A stretch of 64,000 nucleotides of DNA from Chrysomallon squamiferum (GCA_012295275.1 CM022678.1:6076001-6140000); one strand, 5' to 3'. Shown: positions 41,847 through 61,207, counted from the first letter of the stretch. A program made the numbers and translations. Notes: generated by a model not told the origin, from the letters alone.

Positions 41847-42333
41847 GTACGTTCGAATTCATAGTAGAATAGGTGAGTTTAGTCACTATGTGTGCACTAT
41901 GTATGTATTTCTACATTATTAAAACAACATTAAATACCACATACTTCCTTAATATTTAAATAACAGAAATACGTTACCTCTAGAATATATTACAGTCAGA
42001 AAGCTTTCCACATCTCAAATGACCTATGCTGTAATCTGCCTTGTCTTCTTAGATTCAAAAAAAAATAAAAAAATAAATAAATAAATAAATAAAAATAAAA
42101 ATTTAATTACTTAGAGTGAGCCAAGCCATCCTGAGTTCACATTTTGAACGAAAGTTTCACTAAAGGTGTTGTCACACAGCTTGATTACTGATAATTTTTT
42201 TTTTTGTCTTCTATTATGCGACGTATATCAATAAATGTGTCTTCAGTAAATTTAATGAATGTATCGATAATTGATAAATCAAAAATGGGTTAAATATCGA
42301 TAATATAATTTTCAATATTAAATATAAATATAA

Positions 42334-42405
<72 letters not shown>

Positions 42406-42614
42406 TATATACACACAATATATTTTAAATTTTGTCTTCCTATGCGATACGCGATAATTTTCTTGGTATCCGATATATTAGATAATTTTATGTTGTCATT
42501 ATTATTATTATTGTTGTTGTTGTTGTTGTTGTTGCTGTTGTTGTTGATGCTGCTGCTGCTACTGCTGTTGTTATTGTTATTGTTATTATTATTGTTGTTG
42601 TTGTTATTATTAGT

Positions 42615-42662
<48 letters not shown>

Positions 42663-43289
42663 GCTGTTGTTGTTGCTGCTGCTGCTGCTGCTGCTGTTGT
42701 TATTATTAGTGTTGTTATTATTATTATTATTGCTGTTGTTGTTATTAATATTATTATTGTTGTTGTTGCTGTTGTTGTTGTTGTTGTTGTGTGCTTCCAT
42801 CAGGTATCGGGTTTAAACAGAACGTTACAGTAATGAGTCAAGGGAGATAACTCGTAAGCACGCATAAATAAATAATTTCAACACGTTTGTCACTCGCTCG
42901 CAACAACAAACGTACTAAACGGTGTAGGCGACATCAAGCGAAACACAGAATCGATTTCGCAGTCATTAGAATTATTATCATACGGAGAAAATTACAATAT
43001 ACACCGTTGAGGAAAACATTTTTTGCTTGAGATTATTCTTTAAAGCAGTATTTCGGTGTAATATTACCACTCAAGCGACAAGCGCGTGTGAAAGTTGTCT
43101 CGCGTGAATGTGCCTTTAGAATTATCTGATTTTTAATCGTAGCGGTGAATACAATTAAGCTTGCCGACCTTGTTGTTGTTGTTTTTTTTTTTTTCAGTGT
43201 TTGTTTCTAAATCATGTGCTGGTTAAAGTAATAACATTGGAATTTATAAACAAAAGAAATGAAAAAAAAAGAAAGCAAGCAAGAAATAA

Positions 43290-43335
<46 letters not shown>

Positions 43336-43429
43336 AAACAAGCAAAAAATAAATAAAAATAAATAAAAATGGTCCAAAATCAACAAAGCCAATAATAATA
43401 ATAATAATAATTATTATTATTATAATTAA

Positions 43430-43464
<35 letters not shown>

Positions 43465-43503
43465 TAATTATATCTGTCCATCTATCCATCTATATAATTA
43501 AAT

Positions 43504-43545
<42 letters not shown>

Positions 43546-44554
43546 CACATACAAAAGCAAAAATCGCAACAAAAAAACCGCAATATAAAACAAACAAACA
43601 AAAAACAAAACAACCCCCCTCCAAATAAAATAAAAACAAAGATAAACAAATTATATAATAAGGAAAGAAAATTTAAATATTTTAATCATTACAGATGGTC
43701 CTGAAATGGCCACCATTGCCAACACACACGACAAATAAAACATAGTAAACAACAACATAATTTAAATACGTGTATAATCATATTCGTAAACAAAATACTG
43801 GTTTTGTAACTTGTCAAGCGTCAAAATGACGCTGTATTGTTCATATTAATCAGTCCATGACTGGAATATATATATATATAAATAAATTTATTTATTCATT
43901 TATTTGTTTATTTATTTATTCCGATCAGTTAATATATTTATTGTTTGCAAACTTCTCTATGTGTTTACTTTCATGTAAAAATACTAACGCATTTTTATTT
44001 ATTCATTTTAAAACCTCTGATATTATCAAAAGAGAACAGAATGAACGAAATCAGAATACAGAGGAAATTGTAAATATACCGAACAAAACAAATTAGGGGA
44101 CTTGAAATAGTTTCATGTGTAGAGACGACTGTGATAAAGGCTGACAATAAATATGGATTATTATAGAGATAAATATTGATAAACTGTCTGACTTCAAATA
44201 AACGTCAGATAAATTGTCATAGAAATAAGAAATGAGTTTGGTTCAGATAGTGATAGTTTCAGATAAATTAGCTAACTTCAAATAAAAAAATAAAAATAAA
44301 AAATAAAAAACAATGTGGATCATATAAATAAAGATGTTGTTAAGAGGCCTAATAATATCTTGAGTGTGTCCATTATCTGAACTGGGTCATCGCATGAGAT
44401 TTACTTTTTAAAATTTTCCTTTTCTGTCTCTGTGTTTTTTTTTTTTGTGTGTTGATACTGAGAAATACAACAGTGGCTGCGGTGCTGGTGCTGGTGGTGG
44501 TGGTTGGGGGGGGGGCAGGGTGTCCTATCAGGAACATTTGAAAGATATTTGATA

Positions 44555-44720
44555 ACTATCGATGTATGATACACGTTGTCAAGCACTGTCGATAAAGTAC
44601 TGTCGATGTGTGATACGTTATATGAAGTACTGTCGACATATGACACATTCTTTAAATGCTGTCGATATACTCATACATTCTTGAAGACCTGTCGATGTGT
44701 CATACATTATGTGAAGTACT
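44555..44720. repeat. Degenerate ~29 bp minisatellite
   Basis: Recurring aagtactgtcga(c/t)..tgatacac.tt. Confidence 0.7.
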
Positions 44721-44741
44721 GTCGACGTATGATACATTCTA

Positions 44742-44781
<40 letters not shown>

Positions 44782-45583
44782 GTAAATTTGTCCTATATTT
44801 TAAAGACAAATGCTTAAGCATTATTATTAGCTACTAATGTGCCCATGACAGTCACTGTCTGTTATTCTGTTACACTGTTATATTGTTATAATGTTATAAT
44901 GTTATATTGTTATAATGTTATAATGTTATAATGTTATATTGTTATAATGTTATACTGCTGTTGTCATTTATACAATTGCACGTCCTTCTATCTGGTACGG
45001 ATATGAATGAATGAATGAATGAATGAAAAAAAAAATGAACGCGCTCATCAGACAGAGCAAGCTGTTGTGAAGCACGTCTACGACGGGCACGCTTTCCGAC
45101 AGGTCAGCGGGCGTGTCCGTCGCAGAATGTACGGATACTATACGTTTTACTAAATATACTGAATAATGGATTAATGAGATTTTTTTTTTTTTTTGAGTTC
45201 CTATTTCTGAAATGTCTCCCTCTCGATAAAAAAAAAAAAAAAAAAAAACTGTGCTGAAGACCGCATTGGTGCAAGCCCATCACGTGATCACCATTGCGTA
45301 GGGAGAACTGGATGCACCAATCACAGCTCTTGTCTCATGTCGTCTTGTTTCGCTGTGTTCGTATCGTTCTGTTGCGTATTCATAAAAAAGAGTAAAATCA
45401 AATAATCATGTGTTTGGCTTCACATTTATTTTACTCGTCTGCTTCTGCCGTCTGTCTAGGCCGAACAGCGAAAATAAAACGAAAATAAAACGAAACGAAA
45501 CAAATACGGTTGTAATTTTTATACGCGAACGGAAAGAACTTGGAAATATGGTAGTATAAATTGTATTATTATTATTGTTATAA

Positions 45584-45636
<53 letters not shown>

Positions 45637-45826
45637 ATTATTTATTTATGTATTACTACTACTAAGTTTACATATTTATTTTTAATAGGCTTATTTTTCA
45701 TCATCATCATTATCATAATCATCACCATCATCACCACCACCATCATGATCATGATCATCATCATCACCATCATTATTATTGTTATTATCATCACCATAAT
45801 TATTATTATTTATTATTATTATTATC

Positions 45827-45898
<72 letters not shown>

Positions 45899-45902
45899 TC
45901 AG

Positions 45903-48734
<2,832 letters not shown>

Positions 48735-49160
48735 GTTTATATAGTCAAGAATAGAGCCAAAGACACACACACACACACACACGTTCATACACGCACGCAC
48801 ACGCACACACATCTACATATAATTGATTCGGCAAAGAATTAAAAAGCTTCATACACTTTATTGTAGTTTTTCTTGTTTTTAGATTCGCATTTTCAAATGT
48901 GTTTTTGAAATCACAGTCGTTAATGGATTGTCCTAAAAAATACTTTAAAAAATACAATACAATACAATAAAATATAATATAATACAATACAATACAATAA
49001 AATACAACAAATTAATAAAATGACATAAATAAATAAAATAAATAAATAAATGAAATGACGAAAAATAAATTTAAAAAATAAATAAATAGACAATAAAATA
49101 CAATGTCTGTATGTATGTACGTGCTTGTACGTTTTATCTGTGTGTGTAGATAAACACATA

Positions 49161-49212
<52 letters not shown>

Positions 49213-50408
49213 CATTCAGATGTGGGTAGATAGGATAGGGAGATTGAAAGATAGACAGACAGAAATAGATAGATAAATATACAAACAGATGGACAGATAG
49301 ACAGACAGACTGAAAGTCTATGAAAACATCTTTCTTGTTTATTTAGACGTCATTGCCTTGTTTTGACAATCCCAGTTTGCACTGCGCCACGGCCATTTTG
49401 TTTTCTTTCACAAATGATAGTTTTGAGTTTAAATTTATAAATAGTACACACACACAAACACACACACACACTAGTATAATATCGCCCTTATTTTATATGG
49501 TTAGCAATTTAGTCTTATATTATTTTGTTTTTTTGTTTATTGTTTTGTTGTTGTTGTTTTTTTTTAAATGAAATTAAATTAAAAAACCCCATTTATCTAA
49601 GAACAAATAAATATATATTTTCATGTCGTCGTTGTGGAAATATAAACGAAAAATCACTGTAATATGTTTTCGCCTATAATTAATTTTCAAAACTGTTTAT
49701 TTTTGTTTTGTATGCAGGATAATGGTTAACATTTATAGACGGGTTTTTTTTCGTTGGTTTTTTTGGATAATATTTAAATAAGTTTAGATTAATTCTGATC
49801 ACAGGGAAGGTGTGTGTGTGTGGGAAATAATTATTTGGAAAACAGTTTAAATTTGAACGGCAACTACCCCTTCATTATCGAATCCGTCCCCCCCCCGTCC
49901 ACTTGTTGAAAAAAATAAAAATTTTGAGAATAAATTATAATAGAAATAGAGACAATACTTTTTGTTTTTGTTTTTTCCTCTTTTTTTTTTTTTTTTTTGT
50001 TTGATAATAAGTAGCTATGAAGGTATTTTTGATTTAAAATAATTTTTTGTATTTATATTATTTACTTCAATGATCTGACATTTATTTTAAAATTTGTATT
50101 TAATTTTACTTTTTTATATATAATTTTTATTTTTATTTTTAATTTAATTTAATATTTTGTTGTTTTTTTTTTAAATTAATTTCAGCTTAATTTAATTTAT
50201 TATTTTAATTTATTTATATTTATTTTAAAATAATTGATCTCTCTTCGCAAATCAGCATTTCAAAAAATTGTAAACGATTACTGTACAAGTATATTTCAAA
50301 TTTAAGATTTTATCTTTCACATATATAAACTAAGAAACAATAATTAGTTAAATAAACAAGCTAACAAACATATTACCATATCCATCTATTTATTTATTAA
50401 ATAGATAG

Positions 50409-50465
<57 letters not shown>

Positions 50466-50763
50466 GTGGGAGGACACCCTTACTGATGGCTGTACAGAAC
50501 GACGGACATTTCATTTGGAACTAAAGTGTTTGAAGCACTTTGCAATATGTTTTAATTTCACTTCGTTGTGCATGTACGTATGTATGTGTGAATGTATGTA
50601 TGTTTGTATGCGTATGTGTGTGTTTGCATGCATGTTTATACATATGTATTTATATGTATTTGTGTGTGTGTTTATATATATATAAACGCTTGTGTGTGTG
50701 TGTGTGTTTGTATGTTTGTGTGTGTGTGTGTGTGTTTGTGTGTGTGTGGTGTGTGTGTGTGTT

Positions 50764-50895
<132 letters not shown>

Positions 50896-51152
50896 GACAC
50901 ATCGATGGATGGATAAAAGACAAAAAAAAAAAAATACAAATAAATAAATAAATAAAATAAAATAAAATAAAATAAAATAAGAAAATTAAATAAACAAACA
51001 AAAAAATATAATCCAATAAATAAAACAAAAACAACAACAACAAAAAAAAAAAAAAAAATCAACCAAGCAAATAGACAAACAAGCAAATAAAGAAAGAGAG
51101 AAAGAAAGAAATAAGTCAGCCAAAAAGTAAAAGGATCCTTTCATTATTGACA

Positions 51153-51202
<50 letters not shown>

Positions 51203-51264
51203 ATAATAATGATAATGATAAAAAAAAAGAAGAAGAAGAAAGAAGCATGAGAAAAAGGATTTAT

Positions 51265-51366
<102 letters not shown>

Positions 51367-51369
51367 TTT

Positions 51370-51370
51370 N
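51370..51370. other. Single N (assembly gap or join)
   Basis: 'n' after an (ATT)n tract. Confidence 0.95.
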
Positions 51371-51950
51371 ACGACGTTTTTGCTGTTTGAGGTTTTGGTA
51401 GGTGGTTACGTTTTACATGATAAAAAATATAACATTAAGTTCATTCACGTACGTGTTTACAGTTTTACGTGACACAGGAAAATTATTCTGTAATCGTGAA
51501 GAGGTGTTTGAATTGTGGTGTTATGGACACCCTGCAGATTTTCAAAGCTGTCGATGTCTCTCATAGAATATGAATAAAAATGAAGGTGTATTTTATTTGT
51601 TTGTTCTGTAGCTGATTATAATTCATTCTGCAACCAAAACATTGTATTTTAGGCAACGATGATGATTATTATGATTATTATTATTATTATTCTATTATTT
51701 TTGTTGTTGTCGTTGCTGTTGTTGTTATTATTGTTGTTATTGTTTTGTTTTGTTACTGTTATTGTTATTATTATTTATTGCTATTGTAATTATTATCTTT
51801 TTAAATGATATGTGTGCATATGTATTTTCGTGATTTATGTGCGTGTGTGTGTGTGTGTATTTTTTTTTTTTTTTTAGTTTCCCTTGATGATTTTCATGGT
51901 CTGCAAAACCATGATAAAATGTAATAATAAATCTCAGAAAAGAAACACAA

Positions 51951-51982
<32 letters not shown>

Positions 51983-52203
51983 AAGCAGAAGATATAAGAA
52001 AAAAAAATGAACGGAATGAATCTAAGTATAAATAAATAAATAAATAAATAAATACCTTTTAAACTATTTATGACCAAGACATCTTTTGACATTGACAATG
52101 GAGTTTGAGTATGACGTCACATAATAAAACAATGTCGTAATAAATTTAATAAACGAAATACGTCATATGTTTATTCGTCTTGCAGAATGGCTGAAGAAGT
52201 AGT

Positions 52204-52282
<79 letters not shown>

Positions 52283-52842
52283 GTAATATTATTATTATTT
52301 GTTTGTTTGGAATTGTATGTTGTTCATAAATGCATTCAAGAAGGAGTGATTATAAACTACATGCATCACTAGTTTCATTTATTTTCTTCGTTTATGTTTT
52401 TCTATTTAATGCCATTTTTTTTTCTCGTCTTTTATTCTTGTTTTTCTGCTATCGCAGCTATTATCGTTATTATCCCATATTTTTTTTACTTTTTAAATTT
52501 ACTTTTGAATAGTTTTAATTTGTATTTATTACTGCTACTGTTTGTTTGTTTGTTTTTTTGTTGTTGTCTTGAAGCTTTTTTTTTTTTTTTCTAATGAAAT
52601 TCATTTTAATTTGGTAGTCTGTCCACAATGCCAGCATATTTTATCTGTCTGGAATTTTCTATCCGTAGTTGGAATTTGATAAGCACGTAGAACAAACCAT
52701 TCCGCCCCTTTGAACAAAACAATATGCAAATGACATTAAAAAGAGAAGCAAAATATTTATTTATTACAGTATTACCACGACAATAACAGCAACAGTTACA
52801 GAATCGAGGCTTGTTTTTGCTTTATTTCTTTTTCATTTTATC

Positions 52843-52974
52843 TTAATTTTATCCATTTTTATTTTTGTTTAATTTTAATATATATATATTAGTATTACAA
52901 AGAAATGAACGAACAGAATTTATATATATATATATATATTAAAATTAAATACAAATAAAAATGGATAAAATTAA
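52843..52974. repeat. Inverted repeat (~47 bp arms)
   Basis: ttaattttatccatttttattt..tttaattttaatatatatatat pairs with atatatatattaaaattaaatacaaataaaaatggataaaattaa. Confidence 0.85.
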
Positions 52975-53052
52975 TTTCATTTAATTAGTTTATCATTATC
53001 ATGATGATGATGATCATAATCATCATCATAGTTATTATTTCAATATTTTTGA

Positions 53053-53089
<37 letters not shown>

Positions 53090-53102
53090 TTTTTTATTGC
53101 AG

Positions 53103-53289
53103 ATGGCAATGTCGACAGTGACGTTCAGCTTTCTGTTAATGTTTATAAGGACAGTGATGACGTCACGTCTACGTAAGTATTTAAGGACAGATCACGTGCT
53201 GATTCCATTAATGCAGTATGTGTTGTGCGTTTTGCAGTTCGGTTTGCTGCATATTATTTGTAAAAAATGTTTGTAAAACTTTCCCCATG

Positions 53290-53370
<81 letters not shown>

Positions 53371-53854
53371 TCTATGTGCAGTCTATTCAGATGTACAATA
53401 GACAGATATTCAAAAATCCGAAAATATATATGTACATACATAGAAACAGACAAACATGAATACATATAATACGCACATTCTACATACATGCATATATGCA
53501 TATACATACGTAAAACAATATATATATATATATATATAATACACACACACACATACACACATACACACACACACATTATCATTACTATAATTATAATTAT
53601 TACTTCCTTCCTTCCTTTCCCTTCATTCGTTCATTCGCACCCGTCGTTTTATTTTCCGCAAAAAGCCGAGACCTGTCGATCTCTGCCGAAGATAGAAAAT
53701 GGATTTTTGCAGACGAAGTTTTGTCTAACAGTGCAATGTGAGAACAATTACCAGTTTCTGGGTCCGAAGAAGCGAGTTATCTGCGACACGCTGAATCCAG
53801 AACGCAAAAATCTAGAAGGAGAATGCAAGAAAACAATATTTCAAAATATGGTAC

Positions 53855-53904
<50 letters not shown>

Positions 53905-54049
53905 TTGTTATTGTTATTGTTATTATTATTATTATTGTTATTATTATTGTTATTGTTATTGTTATTTTTATTATTATTATTGTTGTTATTATTACTATTG
54001 TTTTATTATTGTTATTATTATTATTATTATTATTACTGTTACTATTGTT

Positions 54050-54082
<33 letters not shown>

Positions 54083-56188
54083 TCTACTACTACTGTTACT
54101 GTTGTTGTTATTTCTATTACTACTACTTTTACTGTCATTATTATTCTTGTTATTATTTGTGTTGTTGTTGTTATTATTATTATTATTATTGTTATTGTTA
54201 TTATTACTTCTACTACTACTGTTACTGTTGTTGTTGTTGTTATTTCTATAACCATTTATTTAATTAGCATTTTTCATATATATATAACAATATTAATTTC
54301 TTCTCTTTTTTTATTTTCCAACATATTTTAAGTTAGTTTGGATTATTGAAACAAAAAGATAATTAAAACATTTTTAATAATAAATTGAGTATACAGGTCA
54401 GTGTAAATAACAACTATAGGTAACAGAAATAATGGCTTTCTTATTTTTATTTATTTATTATTATTTTTATTTTTTTTTTGCAGTTCGCTGAAACCATAGT
54501 AACCAAATTACCAAATCCAATAGAAAATGATTGGTCTTTGACTGTGGAACTGAAATTTTTAACCGAAATGTAAGGATTTAGGATACTATGCGTTATAATG
54601 TAATAACAACATGTCAGATTACAATACAGTGTAATCACAATGCGATGAATTATAATATAACAAAGTGGTTACGATACGATTAATGATAATACAATGTGGT
54701 TCGATACAATATAATATAATATAAAGTGGTTACGATACGATCCGATACGTTATAATGAAACCTGGTTATGATAGGATACGATACATTACAATACAATTTG
54801 GTTACGATACGATTAATGATAATACAATGTGGTTACCATACAATATAATATAATATAATCTGATTATGATACGATACATTATAATACAATTTGGTTACGA
54901 TACGATTAATTATAATATAATTTGATTACGATACGATACACTACAATACAATTTGGTTATGATACGATTAATTTATTATGAATCAATATGGTTATGACAC
55001 GACATATTACGATGCAATCTGGTAATGATATGATGCGATGCATCGTGATGCAGCAGTTATTATGAGATAATATACTATGTGTATTTCTCGTGCACAGCAA
55101 TAGTTCATAGGATATATTGCGTTTTGTAACAAACTTTGAAATGATGTTATAAGCATGTGAAAAAGAATAACCAGTTGCATGGCTTTTGGTTCAGAAAAAA
55201 CAACAAAAAAAAACAAACAACTGTTGCTGAATTTAGATTTATGGTCCATTCAAAGAATGATGGTTTCTTAGGCAGATTAAATCTTTGCGTATCTCTGAGT
55301 GCACGTGTGTGTTTGTTAGAGTGAAATATTTAATAAGTTCTTGTTTTGTTTTGTTTTTAAAATAATTTGTATTATTACTATTTTTTTTTTTTTTTTACAC
55401 ATACACATATAAAGTGTATAATAATTTAATTCAATTACACATACACCTTATTTTTCTTATCATCATCATTTACTTTTTCGAGATTTCAGTAAAAAAAAAA
55501 AAAAATGATGATGATGATGATGATAATAATAATGCAAAACACTTTTATTACTTATTTTTTATTTTATTATTATGTTTTTTTTATTTCGATTCATTTTGTT
55601 CGCTTTTGTTTCCTTTGTTTAATCATTTCAATTTATTTATATTTACTTCACCTCATTTTCGTTGTTACATTTATTAAACAGTTTGAATTTTAAAAAAAAC
55701 ATTTGTTTAAAATTATTTTAGTATATTACAATTTACTGTTCTTTATTTCAGCAGTTTTTCTGCATTTATTATGTTGCATTATACCGTGTTGTATTGACAT
55801 GCTTATTTACTGGTATGAGTGTTTATTTGTGCTTTTCATGTGTGTGTTTGTATATCTCACTGTCCATACGTCTGTTCTGTATCTACGTCTTTCGTCCGCC
55901 TATCTATCTGTATATCTCTGTATCTGTATCTATATACATATTGCAGACAAGCTATCAACTTCACGCATGGCAATAAATCGATATATGGTTACTATGCCAA
56001 CGGGGAAGTTCTTGTCAGCTACGCAGAACCCGAAACAAGCCTTACGTCTGCGTTTGAAAGCCAGAGGTTCTACAACCTCGGATTCAATTATTCTGAGAAC
56101 ACCTATCACGTGAGCTAATTAATACGTTTTTCTTCGTGTGTGCGTATGTATGTTTATGTATATTACGTCAGTATTTGTGTACATCATG

Positions 56189-56284
<96 letters not shown>

Positions 56285-56462
56285 GTTTTAACTAAAATCG
56301 TCATCATGATCATCATCATTTTTATCTTGAATGCAGTTTAAAATCGATGGAATATTGAGAGAGATAAATTCAGATTTTGAGGATTTCCTGCCATTGATTG
56401 AGTCCATTGTTTTAAGTGAGAGCGTTTCTGTGAAGACTCTACATTTTAACTACCCTGTTTAA
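53103..56462 (+). CDS. Secreted sushi/CCP-like plus degenerate galectin-like protein (paralog B, 209 aa)
   Basis: Exons 53103-53172, 53666-53850, 54484-54569, 55947-56109, 56337-56462 (630 nt, in frame). Internal exon sizes 185/86/163 are identical to paralog A. CRSLPKIENG...QCENNYQFLG....IC...EC; QAINF...FKIDG...IESIVLSESVSVKTLHF. AATAAA at 56478. Confidence 0.85.
54620..55015. repeat. Degenerate ~30 bp minisatellite in paralog B intron 3
   Basis: Variants of tggttacgatacgatacattacaatacaat. Confidence 0.85.
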
Positions 56463-57106
56463 GAGTGGTGTTCTGGAAATAAACAAAGTCGCGAGAATGC
56501 AAGAATGAAAAAAAAAAAAAAAAAAAAATAATAATAATAACAATAATAAAACAGTTATATAACGTCTGCAGTTAAAGCTGATATTCACTGTACTGACTAT
56601 CTATTGAATTAAATATATAAAAAAAAGTTTAATTCAGAATATATTTTTAAATTTTTAATATTTGTTTAAAAAAAATTCAAATGCTATTAGAGAGGGAGGG
56701 ATGAAGGGACAGACAAGATCGAGCGGGAGAGAGCTATACTAAAGTATGTATGTATGTATGTATGTATGTATGTATGCTTGTATGTACAATAAAATGTCGG
56801 ATTATGCCATTTTGGCCTGTATGAAATTAACCTTAACGCCGATGTTCTACAGTAGAGTGCGAACGTCATTATGTCAATGTGACGTCATTCAGCAATGTGA
56901 CGTGTCATGATAAAAAGAAAAGGCCCGAAATACATTTTCCCTTTAAAATTTATTTAAACTAAAGTAAATAAAATACATAAACATTAACAATTAAATACAA
57001 AAGAAGCTAAAACAAACAAGCACAACAATAAAAACAAAAAATGGGTATGGACCATGAAATATATACACTGACCTCTACCTATACAAAGACTTTTCGAAAG
57101 AGTTTT

Positions 57107-60100
57107 GCAGTTATCACCACAATTAAAAGAATCAACTATCTGAGTAAAGTGAAAAAGAATTAAAACATTTTCTAATTCTAAATCGATATCTTGAGTCTCC
57201 TAATAATATATTTGAATGTACGAAGATTTTCAGCAAAAACAATTATTTATTAAAAAGCCTTCAATATATGATCTTTATATGAATCAATTGGAAAAAGGAA
57301 TATTTAAAGCTAACATGATTTTTATGGGTGTAAATTTGATCAGAATACTTTCTGCTGTAAAATATATTAGTTTTTAACATGGGGAGACACATCACATCAG
57401 TTTTTTAATTTATCTTCACAGTTTACTAGGCAGATTTTCTAGACTGAAAACAATAATTTAGTCTGCAAGTGAAGGACAATAATGTTCAAATCAATGTAAA
57501 CCCAATATGATTTTGTTTGTTTTAATCTTTTTACATTTTTTTTATTATTTTTGTATTTTGTTGCTTGAAATAGAATGCAACTGTAGCATTAAATTAGAAA
57601 TTATTATACACTATCATAACTTCTCACTGTTTGAAATAAAAATTAATAGCATTCAATTACATTTAAAATATCACACTTTTTTCCAATTATGACATTTACT
57701 ATTTTCATATTCTTTTCTTTCTTTATTTAGTTAGTTTTTTGTCATACTAGGAATGTAAGAACAAAACATTAAAAATAAAAAATCTTTATAAATAAACATA
57801 TCAAGTAAAAAATATTTATCACAAATAAAATCTCCATAATTATGCAATTATCACCACAATTAAAAGAATCAACTATCTGAGTAAAGTGAAAAAGAATTAA
57901 AACATTTTCTAATTCTAAATCCATATCTTGAAGCACTATTTCTATACAGTGTTATGTTGCTATTCTTTAATAGAAACATTTTTTGGACGGTTTCTTATTA
58001 ATTTGATTAATGACTTCATAACAATAACCAAGCACAAAAATGTTAAAAATCTTCAAAAATAAATGTATCAAGTAAAATATATTTGTCACAAATAAAATCT
58101 ATACATTATGAGATTATAATCACAATTAAAAGAATTAATGATCACAGGAAATTGAAAAATAATAAAAGTTTTGCCTGATTTATGGTTCTAAATCTAGATA
58201 AACAAGTACTATATCTAGAAAATATTATGTTGCAGAAAAATAATAGTACTTTAAACCTGAACTCTGTGTTTCTATATATATATCGCTTAAATGATAATAC
58301 ATTCTAGCAGGAACATTACTGTAAAAACATTCGATATAATTACAGTTTATGTTTAACTTAATAATATGAAACAATACTGTTGTAACAAATGTTCAAATTT
58401 TACATAACTTATACAAATACTAAATTTATATTACTTTAGTTTCTTCATGATTACATATTGAATTTAAAGTTTTTCTACAATAACACATTTACATTAGAAA
58501 ACTTTCTAAAAGAACGGACTTTTAAATACAGTTCTATAGATATTAAATCTGTGCATCACTTAATAATACTAAATTTATTTTAGAAAACTTTCTCCAAGTT
58601 TTATATGTGATTAACATGCTTCAATATACATTAAAATGCTACATGATTTTCGTATTAATACATTTGAAAGTATCAAGTGATTTTCAGAAACTCAATTATT
58701 TATTAACAAATTTCAATACATGATCTTTACATGAATCAATTGGAAAAAGGAATATTTAAATTTAACATGATTTGTATGGGTGTAAATTTGATCAGAATAC
58801 TTTCTGCTGTAAAATATATTAGTTTTTAACATGGGGAGACACACCACATCAGTTTTTTAATTTATCTTCAGAGTTTACTGGGCAGATTTTCTAGACTGAA
58901 AACAGTAATTTAGTCTGCAAGTGAAGGACAATAATGTTCAAATCAATGTAAACCGAATAAAAATGATTTTATGTTTGTTTTAATCTTTTTACATTTTTTT
59001 ATTATTATTTTTTTATTTTGTTGCTTGAAATAGAATGCAATTGTAACATTAAATTAGAAATTATTACACACTAACATAACTTCTCATTGTTTGAAATAGA
59101 AATTAATACCATTCAATTACATTTAAAATATCACACTTTTTTCCTATTTTGACATTTACCATTTTCATTTTCTTTTCTTTCTTTATTTAGTTAGTTTTTT
59201 GTCATACTAGGAATGTAAGAGCAAAACATAAAAAATAAAAATCTTTAAAAATAAACATATCAAGTAAAAATATTTATCAGAAATAAAATTTCCATAATTA
59301 TGCAATTATAACCACAATTAAAAGAATTAACTATCTGAGTAAAGTGAAAAATAATTTAAAATTTTTCTAACTCTAAATCCATATCTTGAAGCACTATTTC
59401 TATAAAATATTATGTTGCTATACGTTAATAAAAACATTTTTTGGACACTTTCTTATTAATTTCATTAATGACTTCATAACAATAACCAAGCACAACAATG
59501 ATAAAAATCTTCAAAAATAAATGTATCAAGTAAAATATATTCTCACAAATAAAATCTCTATATTATGAGATTTTAATCACAATAAAAAGAATTAATTATC
59601 ACACCAAAGTCAAAAATAATAAAAGTCATGCCTGATTTATGGTTCTAAATCTAGATGAAGAAGTACTATTTCTATAAAATAATAGTACTTTAAACTTGAA
59701 CTCTATGTTTCTATATATATATATAAATATATATAGATATATATACAGTTTAAATGATAATATATTCTCGCATTTCCTTTGCTGTAAAAACATTCGATAT
59801 AATTACAGTTTATGTTTAAGTTAATGATAGGAAACAAAACTGTTGTAACAAATGTCTTGTATTAGAAATTGTGCAGCAACAAATATCATATGAAAACATT
59901 TTTGTTTTAAACAAACCACTTGGAAAGAGGAATGTGTAAAGGAAGTGTAAAATAAAATGGTCTTATAACAAAGTATTTATATTTTGAAACTAGTTTTCCA
60001 ATACATTGTTAAGAAACAAACATCAAAGGTAATTAAAAAAGTATATTCAGTTAGTAACAAAACAGCCATCATATGGTATATTACTGAATATAAGTGGAAA

Positions 60101-61157
60101 GATTAAAACTGAAAAATCTTCAAATTAGATATAGCAAATAAAATATATTTTTCACAAATAAAATCTGTATATTATGAGATTATAATCACAATTGTAATAA
60201 TTAACTAATCAAGATGAAGAAGTACTATTTCTATAAAATAATACGTTGCAAATATTATTAGGAGGAATGTGTAAAGGAAGTGTTAAATAAAATGGTCTTA
60301 TAACAAGTATTTTGACTCAAAAGTAATAATAATAATAAAATAGAAACATAAAAAATGTTGTTTAACAAAGTATTTATAGGTTTTTGTTTTCCATAAGACA
60401 GATACAAGAATGGACTTTTAAAGACACCTGTTTGTATTTTTGTTTTATATAATTCATGGTCAGATGTAATGATTATAAAAAATTATGAAACTTAATACTT
60501 GATTAACAATATCTCAATATATTTTGTTTTACATAATCAGTATGAAATACAACTGTTGTAACAAATATAAAAAATATGCAAATTATTATTTATAAAATAA
60601 ACAGATATGTAAAAAAGGAAATTTCTATAAATATAAACATTTGTTTCACAAGACATAAACACATTTTTAGTGTTTTACGTTATTCGATGCCACAAATAAT
60701 CATATTTTGCTTAAGAGACATCAACATGATTTTCATGGGTGTAAATTTGATCAGATAACTTTTTGCTGTAAAATATATTAGTTTTTAACGTGGGGAGACA
60801 CACCACATCAGTTTTTTAATTTATCTTCACAGTTTACTCGGCAGATTTTCTAGTCTGAAAACAATAATTTAGTCTGCAAGTGAAAGACAATAATGTTCAA
60901 ATCAATGTAAACCCAATAAAAATTATGTTATGTTTGTTTTAATCTTTTTACTTTTTTTTAATTTATTTTGTTGCTTGAAATAGAATGCAATTGTAACATT
61001 AAATTAGAAATTATTATACACTATCATAACTTCTCATTGTTTGAAATAAATATTGATATCATTCAATTAAATTTAAAATATCACACTTTTTCCAAATATG
61101 ACATTTACTATTTTCATTTTCTTTTTTCTTTGTTTCTTTATTATTATTATTATTATA

Positions 61158-61207
<50 letters not shown>

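Noticed and set aside
45000-45550. Promoter of paralog A (CCAAT boxes, atcacgtgat E-box)
   Set aside because: Short motifs in CpG-rich sequence that could equally be a repeat fragment; there is no TSS evidence.
52186-52198. 13-nt microexon (MAEE) upstream of paralog B
   Set aside because: The acceptor is plausible but the donor (gtagtg) is weak; it cannot be supported without transcripts.
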